A stretch of 64,000 bases of DNA from Myxococcota bacterium (GTDB taxonomy: Bacteria > Myxococcota_A > UBA9160 > JAFDDA01), in the NCBI GenBank assembly GCA_965228475.1, contig OZ245817.1:1280001-1344000 (forward strand), written 5' to 3'. This document shows, in pieces, positions 28,143 to 38,300 of this stretch. Each line of letters opens with the position of its first letter. Position 1 is the stretch's first letter. The notes under the pieces are model-generated. The model was not told the DNA's origin, searched no databases, and worked only from the letters and a program-made list of their open reading frames with translations. The position numbers were made by a program, and so were the translations under genes.

Positions 28143-28183
28143 CGCCGGAGCTCGGGGTTTGTCGGCGGGAACTCGAACGATGA
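28139..28183 (+). other. NTGA-coupled 14-aa mini-ORF bridging ybeY and lnt
   Basis: (M)TPELGVCRRELER from TTG 28139; stop overlaps ATG 28180. Confidence 0.4.
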
Positions 28184-29763
28184 CGGGCCGTCGGCGGATC
28201 GGCTGGCTCGCGGCCTACGTGCTCGCGTCCTTCTTCTCCTTCCCGCACCCGATCGCCGGGGGCGTGCTCGACCTCGGGATGTTCGTGGGCTGGCTCGCGC
28301 CGGCCTTCCTCTGGCTCGGGCTCGAAGGGCTCCCGGCCCGGCGCGCCGCCGGCCTCGGCTTCCTGGCCGGCTGGGCGGCGCACACGGCCATCCTGCACTG
28401 GATCTACGTCGTCACGTTCCACTACGGCGAGGCGCCGTTCTTCGTCGGCTTGATCGCGCCGGCGGGCCTGGCCCTCTACATCGCGGCGTTCCCGGCCCTG
28501 TTCGGGGCGTTCGCCGGCCGCGTTCCGGACCATCCGCTGCTCCGCCCGCTCGGGGCCGCCGCGCTCTGGACGGCGCTCGACCACCTGCGCTCCTTCGCGC
28601 TGACGGGATTCCCCTGGGCGACCCTCGGCTACGCCCAGCACGAGAACGCGCTGCTGCTCCCCCTGACGACCTGGACCGGGGTCTACGGCCTCTCGTTCCT
28701 GACGGTCCTCGGCGGGATGGGCGCGCTCGAAGCCCTGCGCGGGCGGGGACGCGGGCTCTCCGCCGTGGCGCTGGCCGGGGTGGTGGTCGCCCACGTCGTG
28801 GGAGGGTTCCTCGCGCGGGGCCCCGATGCCGCCCAGGGCGAGCCGGTCCGGATCGCGGTCGTCCAGGGCAACATCGGCCAGGGCGTGAAGTGGAGCCCCG
28901 AGTGGGCCGACCGGACGCTCGCGATCTACGAACGGCTCTCCCGCGAAGCGGCGGCCGAGGGCGCGCGCTGGATCCTCTGGCCCGAGACGGCCGTCCCCGG
29001 CTCGGTCAACCACAGCGAGCCCACCCGGGAGCGCCTGCTCGCCCTGGCCGAGGAGACCGGTGCGACGCTCGTCGTCGGGGCCGTCGCCATCGAGCGCCGC
29101 GACGACCGCCCGGGTTACCGCTTCTACGACAGCGCCTTCGTGCTCGATGGCGAGGCGGTCCGCGGCCGCTACGACAAGTCCCACCTCGTGCCCTTCGGCG
29201 AGTACGTTCCCCTGCGCGCACTGGTCGGCCGCTTCTTCCAGGCGGTCGCGCGCGGCATCGCCGACGACAACGTGACCCACGGCAGCGGGCCCGAGGCGCT
29301 CGAAATCGCGGTCCCCGGCCGCGCCGAGCCCGTGACCGCCGGGATTCCCATCTGCTATGAACTCATCTTTCCGGATCTCGTGCGTCGTTTCGTGGACGAC
29401 GAGGCCGGCGTCCTGCTCGCGATCACCAACGACGCGTGGTACGGCCGGACGGGGGCTCCCTACCAGTTCCTCGCGATGACCGCGGTGCGGTCCGCGGAGA
29501 ACCGGGTGTGGACGGCGCGAGCGGCGAACACGGGAGTCTCGGCCTTCATCGACGCGCGGGGGCGCGTGCGGGAGCAGACGGAGATCTTCGAGGAGGGGTT
29601 CCTGGTCGCCGACGTGCCGCTGCGAACCCCGGACGAACGAAAGACGTACTACGCACGGCACGGGGACCACTTCGCGAAGGCCTGTTGGCTCGCGACCCTG
29701 GCCATGATCGTCGCCTCCGCAAGGCGTTGGCGGCGGCCCGACGGACCGAAGGAAGGCTCATGA
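28180..29763 (+). CDS. lnt: Apolipoprotein N-acyltransferase (alternative TTG start 28159)
   Basis: GFPW, VQGNI, WPE, YDKSHLVPFGEYVP, ICYE, TNDAWYG. Confidence 0.95.
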   Translation: MTGRRRIGWLAAYVLASFFSFPHPIAGGVLDLGMFVGWLAPAFLWLGLEGLPARRAAGLGFLAGWAAHTAILHWIYVVTFHYGEAPFFVGLIAPAGLALYIAAFPALFGAFAGRVPDHPLLRPLGAAALWTALDHLRSFALTGFPWATLGYAQHENALLLPLTTWTGVYGLSFLTVLGGMGALEALRGRGRGLSAVALAGVVVAHVVGGFLARGPDAAQGEPVRIAVVQGNIGQGVKWSPEWADRTLAIYERLSREAAAEGARWILWPETAVPGSVNHSEPTRERLLALAEETGATLVVGAVAIERRDDRPGYRFYDSAFVLDGEAVRGRYDKSHLVPFGEYVPLRALVGRFFQAVARGIADDNVTHGSGPEALEIAVPGRAEPVTAGIPICYELIFPDLVRRFVDDEAGVLLAITNDAWYGRTGAPYQFLAMTAVRSAENRVWTARAANTGVSAFIDARGRVREQTEIFEEGFLVADVPLRTPDERKTYYARHGDHFAKACWLATLAMIVASARRWRRPDGPKEGS

Positions 29764-30891
29764 GCGCGACTGCCCAGGAACTCGACCCCACGGAGCTGGC
29801 CGACCGCCTGCGCGCCCTGCAGGCCCGATTCGGCGAGCTCCGGGGGCGTCTTTGACGTAGAGGGTCTGCGCGCACGGGCCGCCGAGCTCGAGGAGGCCTC
29901 TGCCAAGCCCGACCTCTGGGAGGATCGCGAGCGCGCCGAGGGCGTGCTGCGCGACAAGCGCGCGGTCGAGCGCGAGCTCGAGGTCTTCGACGCGCTCGCG
30001 GAGCAGCTCGAGGAAGCCGAAGTCCTGCTCGAACTCGCCACCGAGGCGGAGGACGAGAGCACGCTCGCCGAGGCGGCCGGGAAGCTCGGCTCGGCCGAGG
30101 GCGCCCTCGAAGACGCGGAGCTCCGCCGCCTGCTGGCCGGGGAGCACGACGCGTCGAACGCCATCCTCTCGATCAACGCGGGGGCCGGCGGTACCGACGC
30201 CTGCGATTGGGCCGAGATGCTCCTGCGCATGTACACACGCTGGGCGGAGCGGCGCGGCTACAAGACCGAACTGTTCGACGTGCAGCCGGGCGACGAGGCC
30301 GGCATCCGCAGCGCCACGCTGAACGTGATCGGTGACCACGCCTACGGCTACGCCCACACCGAGCAGGGCGTCCACCGGCTGGTCCGGATCTCCCCCTTCG
30401 ATTCGCAGTCCCGCCGCCACACGGCCTTCGCGAGCCTGGCCGTCTTCCCCGAGATCGACGAGGGCGTCGACGTCGAGATCGCCGACAAGGATCTGCGCAT
30501 CGACACCTACCGGGCCGGCGGCGCCGGCGGGCAGCACGTGAACAAGACGGATTCGGCCGTGCGCCTCACCCACGAGCCGACCGGGATCGTCGTGCAGTGC
30601 CAGAACGAACGCTCCCAGCACAAGAACAAGGCGGCGGCCATGAAGGTGCTGCGCGCGCGGCTCTACGAGCACTACCGTCTCGAGAAGGAAAAAGAGATGG
30701 ACGCCCTGCGCGGGGAGAAGCGCGAGATCGGCTTCGGGAGCCAGATCCGCTCCTACACGCTGCACCCGTCCCAGCGCATCAAGGACCACCGGACCAAGCT
30801 CGAGATCGGCAACACCGAGGCGGTGCTCGACGGCGACCTCGACGCGTTCATCCGTGCGACGCTGCTACACAACGCCGGGGGTGGCTCTTGA
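29760..30891 (+). CDS. prfB: Peptide chain release factor 2 with programmed +1 frameshift at 29850-29856
   Basis: ORF1 29760-29855 ends GGGGG CGT CTT TGA C; +1 frame contains SPF and GGQ motifs. Confidence 0.96.
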
Positions 30892-30917
30892 ATCCGCGGG
30901 GGCGGCTCTTGAATCCG
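30876..30917 (+). repeat. 21-bp tandem duplication of the prfB end (1 mismatch), overlapping a 16-aa bridging mini-ORF at 30888-30938
   Basis: CGGGGG(T/C)GGCTCTTGAATCCG x2. Confidence 0.85.
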
Positions 30918-30934
30918 GATCTCAGGGAGGCTTC

Positions 30935-32467
30935 GTGAGCGAACAGGAGCGACAGGTCCGCGCCGAGCGGCTGGCCGCGCTGCGGGCGGAGGGCATCGAC
31001 CCGTTTCCGCCGCGCACCGGAGCGCACGTCCCGATCGCCGAGGTGCGTGCGGCCCACGACGAGAAGGATGCGGAGACCCTCGAAGCCGAGGCGCCCGAGG
31101 CCGCCATCGTCGGGCGCATCGTCGCCTCGCGCTCCTTCGGGAAGCTGCGCTTCTGGAAGCTCGTCGAGGACGGCACGGGCATCCAGGTGAGCATCCGCAA
31201 GCAGCAGGTGGAGGCGGAGGTCTTCGCCCTCGCCAAGCAGATGGACGTGGCGGACTTCGTGCGGGTCGAGGGCGTCGTGTGGCGGACGAAGACCGACGAA
31301 CTCACCGTTGACGCTCGCCGGATCACCCTGCTCAGCAAGGCGCTCCGCCCGCTTCCCGAGAAGTGGCACGGTCTGCAGGACGTCGAGGCCCGCTTTCGCC
31401 AGCGCTACCTCGACCTGATCGCGAACCCGCGCGCGCGGGAGATCGCCATCCTGCGCAGCCGGATCGTGACCGCGATGCGCCGCTTCCTCGACGAGCGCGG
31501 CTTCCTCGAGGTGGAGACGCCGGTCCTCCAGCCGATCTACGGCGGAGCGAACGCACGCCCCTTCACGACGCACCACAACCAGCTCGGTCAGGATCTCTTC
31601 CTTCGCATCTCCGACGAGCTCTACCTGAAGCGGCTCGTGATCGGTGGCCTCGACCGCGTCTACGAGATCGGGCGGAACTTCCGCAACGAGGGGGTGTCCA
31701 AGAAGCACAACCCCGAGTTCGCGATGATGGAGTGCTACCAGGCCTACGCGGACTACGAGGACATGATGGATCTCGTGGAAGGCATGGTGAAGCAGATCGC
31801 GAAGGAGGTGCTCGGCACGGGGACGATCGAGTTCCAGGGAACGAAGATCGAGCTCGACGTCGAGTGGCCGCGGCGCTCCATGCGCGACGCCGTGCTCGAG
31901 GCGACCGGCGTCGACATCCAGGCGGCCGAGGACGTGGAATCCCTGCGGGCCGCCGTGAAGGAGAAGGGGCTCGATCCCGGCGATGCGCCGACCTGGGGCG
32001 TCCTGGTCGACGACCTCTTCAGCGAGCACGTCGAGCCGAGCCTCGTGCAGCCGACCTTCATCACGAACCACCCGGTGGCGATCTCGCCGCTCGCGAAGGA
32101 ATCCCGCGAGGACCCGCGCGTGGCCGAGCGCTTCGAGATCTTCATCGCCGGCATGGAGGTCGGGAACGCCTTCAGCGAGCTCAACGACCCCGAGGTCCAG
32201 CGCGAGCGCTTCGAGCAGCAGAGCCGCGCGAGCGGGGAGGGCGACGACGAGGCCCACCCGATGGACGAAGCGTTCCTGCGCGCCATGGAGCACGGCATGC
32301 CGCCGACGGGGGGGCTCGGCGTCGGCGTCGGCCGCCTGGCCATGGTGCTCGCGGACGCACCCTCCCTGCGCGAGGTGAAGCTCTTCCCGCACATGCGCCC
32401 CGAAGCGTCCGAAGACTCGGTCGACGGCGCGTCCGAAGACGCGCCCGACGGCGAAGCCGGGGACTGA
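30935..32467 (+). CDS. lysS: Lysine--tRNA ligase (class II)
   Basis: LRPLPEKWHGL, RQRYLDL, GGANARPF, FRNEG, HGMPPTGGLGVG; GGAGG RBS. Confidence 0.97.
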   Translation: MSEQERQVRAERLAALRAEGIDPFPPRTGAHVPIAEVRAAHDEKDAETLEAEAPEAAIVGRIVASRSFGKLRFWKLVEDGTGIQVSIRKQQVEAEVFALAKQMDVADFVRVEGVVWRTKTDELTVDARRITLLSKALRPLPEKWHGLQDVEARFRQRYLDLIANPRAREIAILRSRIVTAMRRFLDERGFLEVETPVLQPIYGGANARPFTTHHNQLGQDLFLRISDELYLKRLVIGGLDRVYEIGRNFRNEGVSKKHNPEFAMMECYQAYADYEDMMDLVEGMVKQIAKEVLGTGTIEFQGTKIELDVEWPRRSMRDAVLEATGVDIQAAEDVESLRAAVKEKGLDPGDAPTWGVLVDDLFSEHVEPSLVQPTFITNHPVAISPLAKESREDPRVAERFEIFIAGMEVGNAFSELNDPEVQRERFEQQSRASGEGDDEAHPMDEAFLRAMEHGMPPTGGLGVGVGRLAMVLADAPSLREVKLFPHMRPEASEDSVDGASEDAPDGEAGD

Positions 32468-32470
32468 CCC

Positions 32471-34441
32471 ATGCCCGCGAGCGCCTTGGTGGACGCCCTC
32501 ACGGCGGCGAGCGGGACGGTCGCGTTCTCGTTCATCGTCGCCCTGGCCCTCGGGCTGGTGGCGATGGTCGTGCTCTTCCTCACCTCCGCGGTGGTGGTGC
32601 TCGACCGCTTCGCGCGGACGGCTCGGAGCCCGCTGTGGATCGGGGCGGTCGGCGTGGTCTGGGCGCTGCTGGCGGGGTTGGCTTTCGCCGGCGCGATCAC
32701 GCCGGAGACCGTCACCGTCGATCTCGACGAGGCGACGCTCGGACGGGTCGCCTTCGGTGTGGGTGCGGTCGGCGTCGCGCTCTCGATGGGGGCCGTCGCC
32801 CTGCTGCTGCGCTCGCTCTCGCCGGGCCGGCTCGCCGCCGGGACCTGCCTGGCCCTCGCTACGGCCTGGGCCCTGGTCATGGGCGGCGTCGGGAACGTCC
32901 TGGCCGCCGGGGTCGGGGTCGCTCTCGCGGTCGCGGCCGCCTTGCTCTTGCGCCGCCGGGGCCGCGCCGCCGGCGCCGCCTCCGATGCGGAGAGATGGGC
33001 GTGGATCCTCGCCGGGGTGCTCGCGGTCGGCCTGCTGCTCGCCTTCCTCCTGCCGGCGCCGCAGCTCGAGATGGCCGGCCTGGGCGTGCTCGTCGGAGGC
33101 CTCGTCGTCGCGTCGATCCTGCTCGGGCTGCTGCCCCTGGCCTTCGCCGGGCTCGGCGGTCTGCGCGGGAGCGTCGAGTGGTTCATCGGCGTCCGGTATC
33201 TCTTCGCCAAGCGCCGCCAGACCTTCATCTCCGTGATCAGCCTGATCTGCGTGGGCGGCGTCGCGACCGGCGTCTGGCTCATCATCACCGTGCTCTCGGT
33301 GATGAACGGCTTCGCGGGCGTCTGGCGCGACGAGGTGATCGGAAACCGCGCCCACTTCACCATCCACAGCCACGGCGGCCGCTTCGCCGGCTACGAAGAG
33401 GTGATCGAAACCGTCCGCGCGCTCCCGGAGGTGCTCGGCGCTTCGCCCTTCCTCGACGCGGAGGGCATGGTGCGCGGGGAGGGCGGCCAGATCGTCGGGG
33501 TGCGCGTGCGCGGGATCGACCCGGGCAACACCGGCGCCGTCGGCGAGCTCGACGACGCCATCCTCGAAGGAACCCTCGACGACTTCGACGCCCGCCCGAT
33601 CGAGGGCGACGACTCGACCCCCGTGCCCGGCATCGTGATCGGCCACACCCTGGCGCGGAACCTCGGGTTCAACGTCGGCGACCCGATCTTCGTGATCTCG
33701 CCCTTCGGCGGGCCCCAGACGCCCCTCGGCCCGGCGCCGCGCCTGAAGCGCTTCCGCGTCTCGGGCGTCTTCCAATCGACGCTGCTCCAGTACGAGCAGG
33801 TCTTCACCTACGTCGATCTGGCCTCCGCCCAGGACTTCCTGCGCGAGGAGGACGTGGTCGGCGGCGTGCTCGTCCGGGTCGAGGACTTCGTGCGTTCGCT
33901 TCCGGTGGGCGAGGCGGCCCAGCGCGCCCTCGGCCCGCCGTTCTACACGGTGGATTGGAAGGAGTTCTTTCCGTCCTTCTTCCAGGCCCTCAAGACCGAG
34001 CGCGTGATGATGTTCATCCTGCTCACGATGATCATCGTCGTCGCCGCCTTCATGATCGTGGCGACGCTGATCATGCTGATCATGGAGAAGTCGACGGACA
34101 TCGCGATCCTGAAGACCATGGGCGCCGAGGACGCGGTGATCGAGCGCATCTTCGCCATCGAGGGCACGATGATCGGCCTCTCGGGAACGCTGCTCGGCGT
34201 GGCCGCCGGCATGATCGTCACGACCCAGCTCGACACCATCCAGCGCTGGGTCGAGGGCCTGTTCGGGATCGACGCGCTGCCCGGCAACGTCTACCCGCTC
34301 CAGAGCTTCCCCTGGGAGTTCGATCCGGTGCAGATCGGCGTCGTGATCACGCTGGCCATGGTGCTCTCCCTCGGTGCGACGCTCCTGCCGAGCCGCCAGG
34401 GGGCGCGGCTCGACCCGGCGGAGGCCCTGCGCCATGAGTGA
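32471..34441 (+). CDS. lolC: Lipoprotein-releasing ABC permease LolC/E with an extra hydrophobic N-terminal domain
   Basis: RYLFAKRRQTFISVIS...VLSVMNGF, IAILKTMGA, LDPAEALRHE. Confidence 0.88.
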   Translation: MPASALVDALTAASGTVAFSFIVALALGLVAMVVLFLTSAVVVLDRFARTARSPLWIGAVGVVWALLAGLAFAGAITPETVTVDLDEATLGRVAFGVGAVGVALSMGAVALLLRSLSPGRLAAGTCLALATAWALVMGGVGNVLAAGVGVALAVAAALLLRRRGRAAGAASDAERWAWILAGVLAVGLLLAFLLPAPQLEMAGLGVLVGGLVVASILLGLLPLAFAGLGGLRGSVEWFIGVRYLFAKRRQTFISVISLICVGGVATGVWLIITVLSVMNGFAGVWRDEVIGNRAHFTIHSHGGRFAGYEEVIETVRALPEVLGASPFLDAEGMVRGEGGQIVGVRVRGIDPGNTGAVGELDDAILEGTLDDFDARPIEGDDSTPVPGIVIGHTLARNLGFNVGDPIFVISPFGGPQTPLGPAPRLKRFRVSGVFQSTLLQYEQVFTYVDLASAQDFLREEDVVGGVLVRVEDFVRSLPVGEAAQRALGPPFYTVDWKEFFPSFFQALKTERVMMFILLTMIIVVAAFMIVATLIMLIMEKSTDIAILKTMGAEDAVIERIFAIEGTMIGLSGTLLGVAAGMIVTTQLDTIQRWVEGLFGIDALPGNVYPLQSFPWEFDPVQIGVVITLAMVLSLGATLLPSRQGARLDPAEALRHE

Positions 34442-35162
34442 CGCCGCCGGGCCGCTCCTCGAGGTCGTCGACCTGCACAAGCGCTTCTCGACGGGGGAGG
34501 GCGAGATCGAGGTCCTGCGCGGCATCGACCTCACCGTCGCCCGCGGCGAGCGCATGGCGATCGTCGGCCAGTCGGGCGTCGGCAAGTCGACGCTGCTCCA
34601 CATCCTGGGAGGGCTCGACCAGCCGACGAGCGGCCAGGTGCTCTTCGAGGGCAAGGACCTGTTCGCGAAGTCGCGCGAGGAGATGTCGGCCTTCCGGAAC
34701 CACCAGCTCGGCTTCGTGTTCCAGTTCCATCACCTGTTGCCCGAGTTCGACGCCCTCGAAAACGTGATGATGCCAGGGCGGATCCGCGGCCTGGCCGGCG
34801 ACGAGCTCGAGGCGAGCGCGCAGAAGATCCTCGAAGAAGTGGGCCTCGGAGCCCGCCTGCGCCACAAGGTCGGGAAGCTCTCGGGCGGGGAGCGCCAGCG
34901 CGTGGCGGTGGCCCGCGCGCTCGTGCTGAGCCCGCTGCTGCTCCTGGCCGACGAGCCGACGGGCAATCTCGACCCGGACACCGGCGAGCACATCGAGGAC
35001 CTCTTGCTCGAGATGAACGCGTCCCGCGGCACGGCCTTGGTGATCGTGACCCACAACGAGCGCCTCGCGGAGAAGCTCGGGCGGATCGTGACGCTGACGG
35101 GTGGGGAAGCGGGGGGCGAGGGGGCCCCAGCCGAGACCGGCGTCACGCACGGGTCCGTCTGA
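34434..35162 (+). CDS. lolD: Lipoprotein-releasing ABC ATPase
   Basis: GQSGVGKST, GFVFQFHHLLPEF, LSGGERQR, DEPTGNLD. Confidence 0.94.
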   Translation: MSDAAGPLLEVVDLHKRFSTGEGEIEVLRGIDLTVARGERMAIVGQSGVGKSTLLHILGGLDQPTSGQVLFEGKDLFAKSREEMSAFRNHQLGFVFQFHHLLPEFDALENVMMPGRIRGLAGDELEASAQKILEEVGLGARLRHKVGKLSGGERQRVAVARALVLSPLLLLADEPTGNLDPDTGEHIEDLLLEMNASRGTALVIVTHNERLAEKLGRIVTLTGGEAGGEGAPAETGVTHGSV

Positions 35163-35261
35163 GAACCCCGTAGCGCAAAGCCTCTCCGCCCGACACCGCG
35201 GCGGACGTGCGAGTTCCGACTCAAGTTCTTGGAAAACAAGGGAAATGACTGGCTCTCGGGC

Positions 35262-35291
35262 TTGGCGGGGCCGGGGGTGGGGCGGTAGAAT
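35262..35291 (+). promoter_or_regulatory. Possible sigma70 promoter for bamA
   Basis: TTGGCG(35262-67)-N18-TAGAAT(35286-91). Confidence 0.45.
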
Positions 35292-35335
35292 CGCCGCCGC
35301 GGCCCGACCCGGGCCGGTGTTGGAGGGGCCGTTCT

Positions 35336-38300
35336 TTGTTGCGACGCACCGCTGGGTCCGTTCGCGTGGGTGCGATCGCCGTCTGCCTGCTCGTGCTGGC
35401 CGCCACGGCTCCCCTCGCTCATGCCCAGTCGGCTCCGGCCGAGGCCCCGCCCGCCGAGTCGGAACTTCCGGCCGAGAACCCGCCCCCCGCGGAAGAAGCC
35501 CCGGTCGCCACCGAGGAAGTGACGCCGAGCGCGTTCCCCGCGGCCGGCCCCGCGCCGCGGAGCGGCCCGATCAAGGTGCTCGTCGCGGTCACGCCGTTCC
35601 GCATCCACAGCGCGCAGCCCCTCGGCCATCTCGAGCAGACCCTCGCGGATCTGTTGTCTTCGCGGCTCGAGGCCAGCGGCAAGATCGACGTGGTCGATGC
35701 GGTGATCGTCCGCGAGGCCCTCGTCGACTACGCCGCCGGCGAGTTGACGGAGATCGCTTTGCGCCGGCTCGCCCGGGAGCTCGGCGCCGACTACGTCGTG
35801 AGCGGAAGCCTCACCGAGCTCGCGGGAAACTTCAGCCTCGACGTCCGCACCACGCCCATCGACAGCGATGCGGCGAGCGAGACGATGGTGTTCACGGCGT
35901 CGAGCGAAGAGGAACTGCTCGACCGGATCAACGAACTCTCGGACCGGCTCGTCTCGGACCTCGTCTCGGAATCGCGCGGGCTCGTGAAGTCGGTCGCGCT
36001 CGACGGCGAGCGGATCCTCGAGCCGGGCTCCGGCCGGGAGCGGCTCGAGACGAAGGTCGGTGAGCCCTACGACTCGGCCTCCGTCTCCCGCGACCTCGCC
36101 TACCTGCGCGGCCTCCCCGGTGTGGCCACCGCCACCGTGGAGACCGACCGCACGCCCGAAGGCGTGGCCGTGTCCTTCAAGGTCGTGCCCGAGACCCTGA
36201 TCTTCGGCGCCGACCGCGCCGACGACGACGATGGCGAGCGGGTCTTCGAGGTCCGGATCCGCGGCAACCGGCGCATCGAGGCGGATGCCATCCGTGCCCG
36301 AATCAGCCTGCGTCCGGGCGATCCGTACAACGCCGACCGCATCGCCGGAGACGTGCTCGAGGTCCACGCCCTCGGCTTCTTCCGCAACGTCCAGGTCTAC
36401 TCCGAGGAGAGCGACGACGGGCGCATCGTGATCTTCGAGGTCGAAGAGAACCCGGTCGTCCGCCGCGTCTCGATCACCGGCAACGACTCCGTCGACGGCG
36501 ACCGCATCCGCGACGCGCTCACGCTCACCACCGGGTCGACCCTCGACTATCCGCTGCTCTTCGAGAACCGCGCCCGGGTCGAGGCGCTCTACCGCGCCCA
36601 GGGCTTCTACCTGGCCTCGGTCAGCTACCGCATCGACAACATCTCCGAGGGCGCCGTCTCGATCGACTTCGAGGTCGACGAGGGCCGCAAGCTCCGGCTC
36701 GTGAAGATCGATTTCGAGGGCAACACCACGCTCTCGGACGAGCGTCTCCGCAAGGGGATGAAGACCAAGCCCTTCCGCTGGCACTCCCATGCCACGCGCT
36801 TCCTCACCAACGCCGGAACCTACTCCGAGCCGGTCTTCCTCCAGGATCTCCGCGGCGTCGAGGATCTCTACGCCAACGAGGGCTTCATCGAGGTCGAGAT
36901 CTCGCCGCCGGACATCCAGACCACGCCGGAAGGTCTGGTCGTGAAGGTCGTGATCAGCGAAGGCGATCGCTACGAGACCGGCGGGCTCGACGTGGCGGGC
37001 GACGAGACCATCGACCTCGACACCCTGCGCGAGAAGCTGAACCTGAAGGAAGGCGAGACCTTCGACCGGGGCGGCCTGACGCGGGACGTCGACGTGCTGA
37101 CCCAGCACTACACGGACCGGGGCTTCTACTTCGCGAGCGTCAACCCGCGCACCCAGGTCGACCGCGACGCCAAGCGCATCGACGTGATCTTCCAGGTGGA
37201 GAAGGGGCCGCTCTACTTCGTCCGCGAGATCGAGTTCCAGGGCAACACGAACACGGTCGACACCGTTCTGCGCCAGGAGATGGAGGTCGTCGAGGGCCAG
37301 CTCTACTCGGCGCGCGCGGTGAACATCTCGCGGATCAAGCTCCAGCGGCTCGGCTTCTTCGAAGAGGTGAACCTCGAGCCCGTCCAGACGACCCAGCCCG
37401 AGGAACTCGACCTCGAGGTGCGCGTCGTCGAGCGGCCGACGGGGTCGCTCTCCTTCGGCGCCGGCTTCTCCTCGCAGGACCGCTTCGTGGTCAACGGGAG
37501 CCTCTCCCAGACCAACCTGTTCGGCCGCGGCTGGGCGGTCTCCGCGTCGGTCGACTGGGGCGGCCGCTCGAACCGCTTCTTCCTCTCGTTCTCGGACCAG
37601 CACATCGGGGGCACCGACTGGGGCGTCTCGGGCTCGATCTTCCGCACCGAGGTCGAGTTCGAGGACTTCGAGCAGCAGACCACCGGACTCGACCTGACCT
37701 TCAGCCACGCCCTCGACGAGGCGGGCAACTCGCGCGGCTTCCTCCGCTACAACTTCTCCTCGCGGGACCTGACGGACAGCAGCAACGTCAACGCCTCCTC
37801 GCCGATCTTCCGCCAGATCCTCGCGGGCAGTCAGAGCACGAGCCTGCTCGGGCTCTCGTACCGCACCGACACCCGCGACGACCGCGTCGTGCCTTCGCGC
37901 GGCTATCAGCTCGCCCTCTCGGCCGAGTTCGCCGGGCTCGGCGGCTTCTCGCGCTTCATCCGCCTCGAGGGCCGCGTCGCCAAGTACTGGCGCGCGCCGG
38001 AGTTCATCCCGTACTTCGGCGGCCGCTCGACCTTCTCGGCCACGATCCGGGGCGGCTGGGCGATCCCGTTCAACGAGTTCGACGATTGGGACATCGATTC
38101 GCGGTTCATCGGGAACTCGGATGCGTTCCTGCCCGGGCTCTTCGAAGACGAGGTCCGCTTCCTCGACGACATCGACGGGGACATCACGCTCCCCCTGACC
38201 GAGCGCTACTTCCTGGGCGGTCTCGGCTCCTTCACCCTGCGCGGCTACCGCTCGCGCTCCGTCGGACCGCGCCGGGCGGTCCTCTCGCGGTCGGGCATCG

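Noticed and set aside
29760..29943. prfB as a truncated pseudogene or sequencing error
   Set aside because: It has the canonical CTT TGA C programmed frameshift.
32405..32452. 24-bp duplication in the lysS tail and 30-bp duplication near 7020-7076
   Set aside because: These are in-frame duplications in low-complexity tails or linkers with no evidence of function beyond a general tendency to duplicate.
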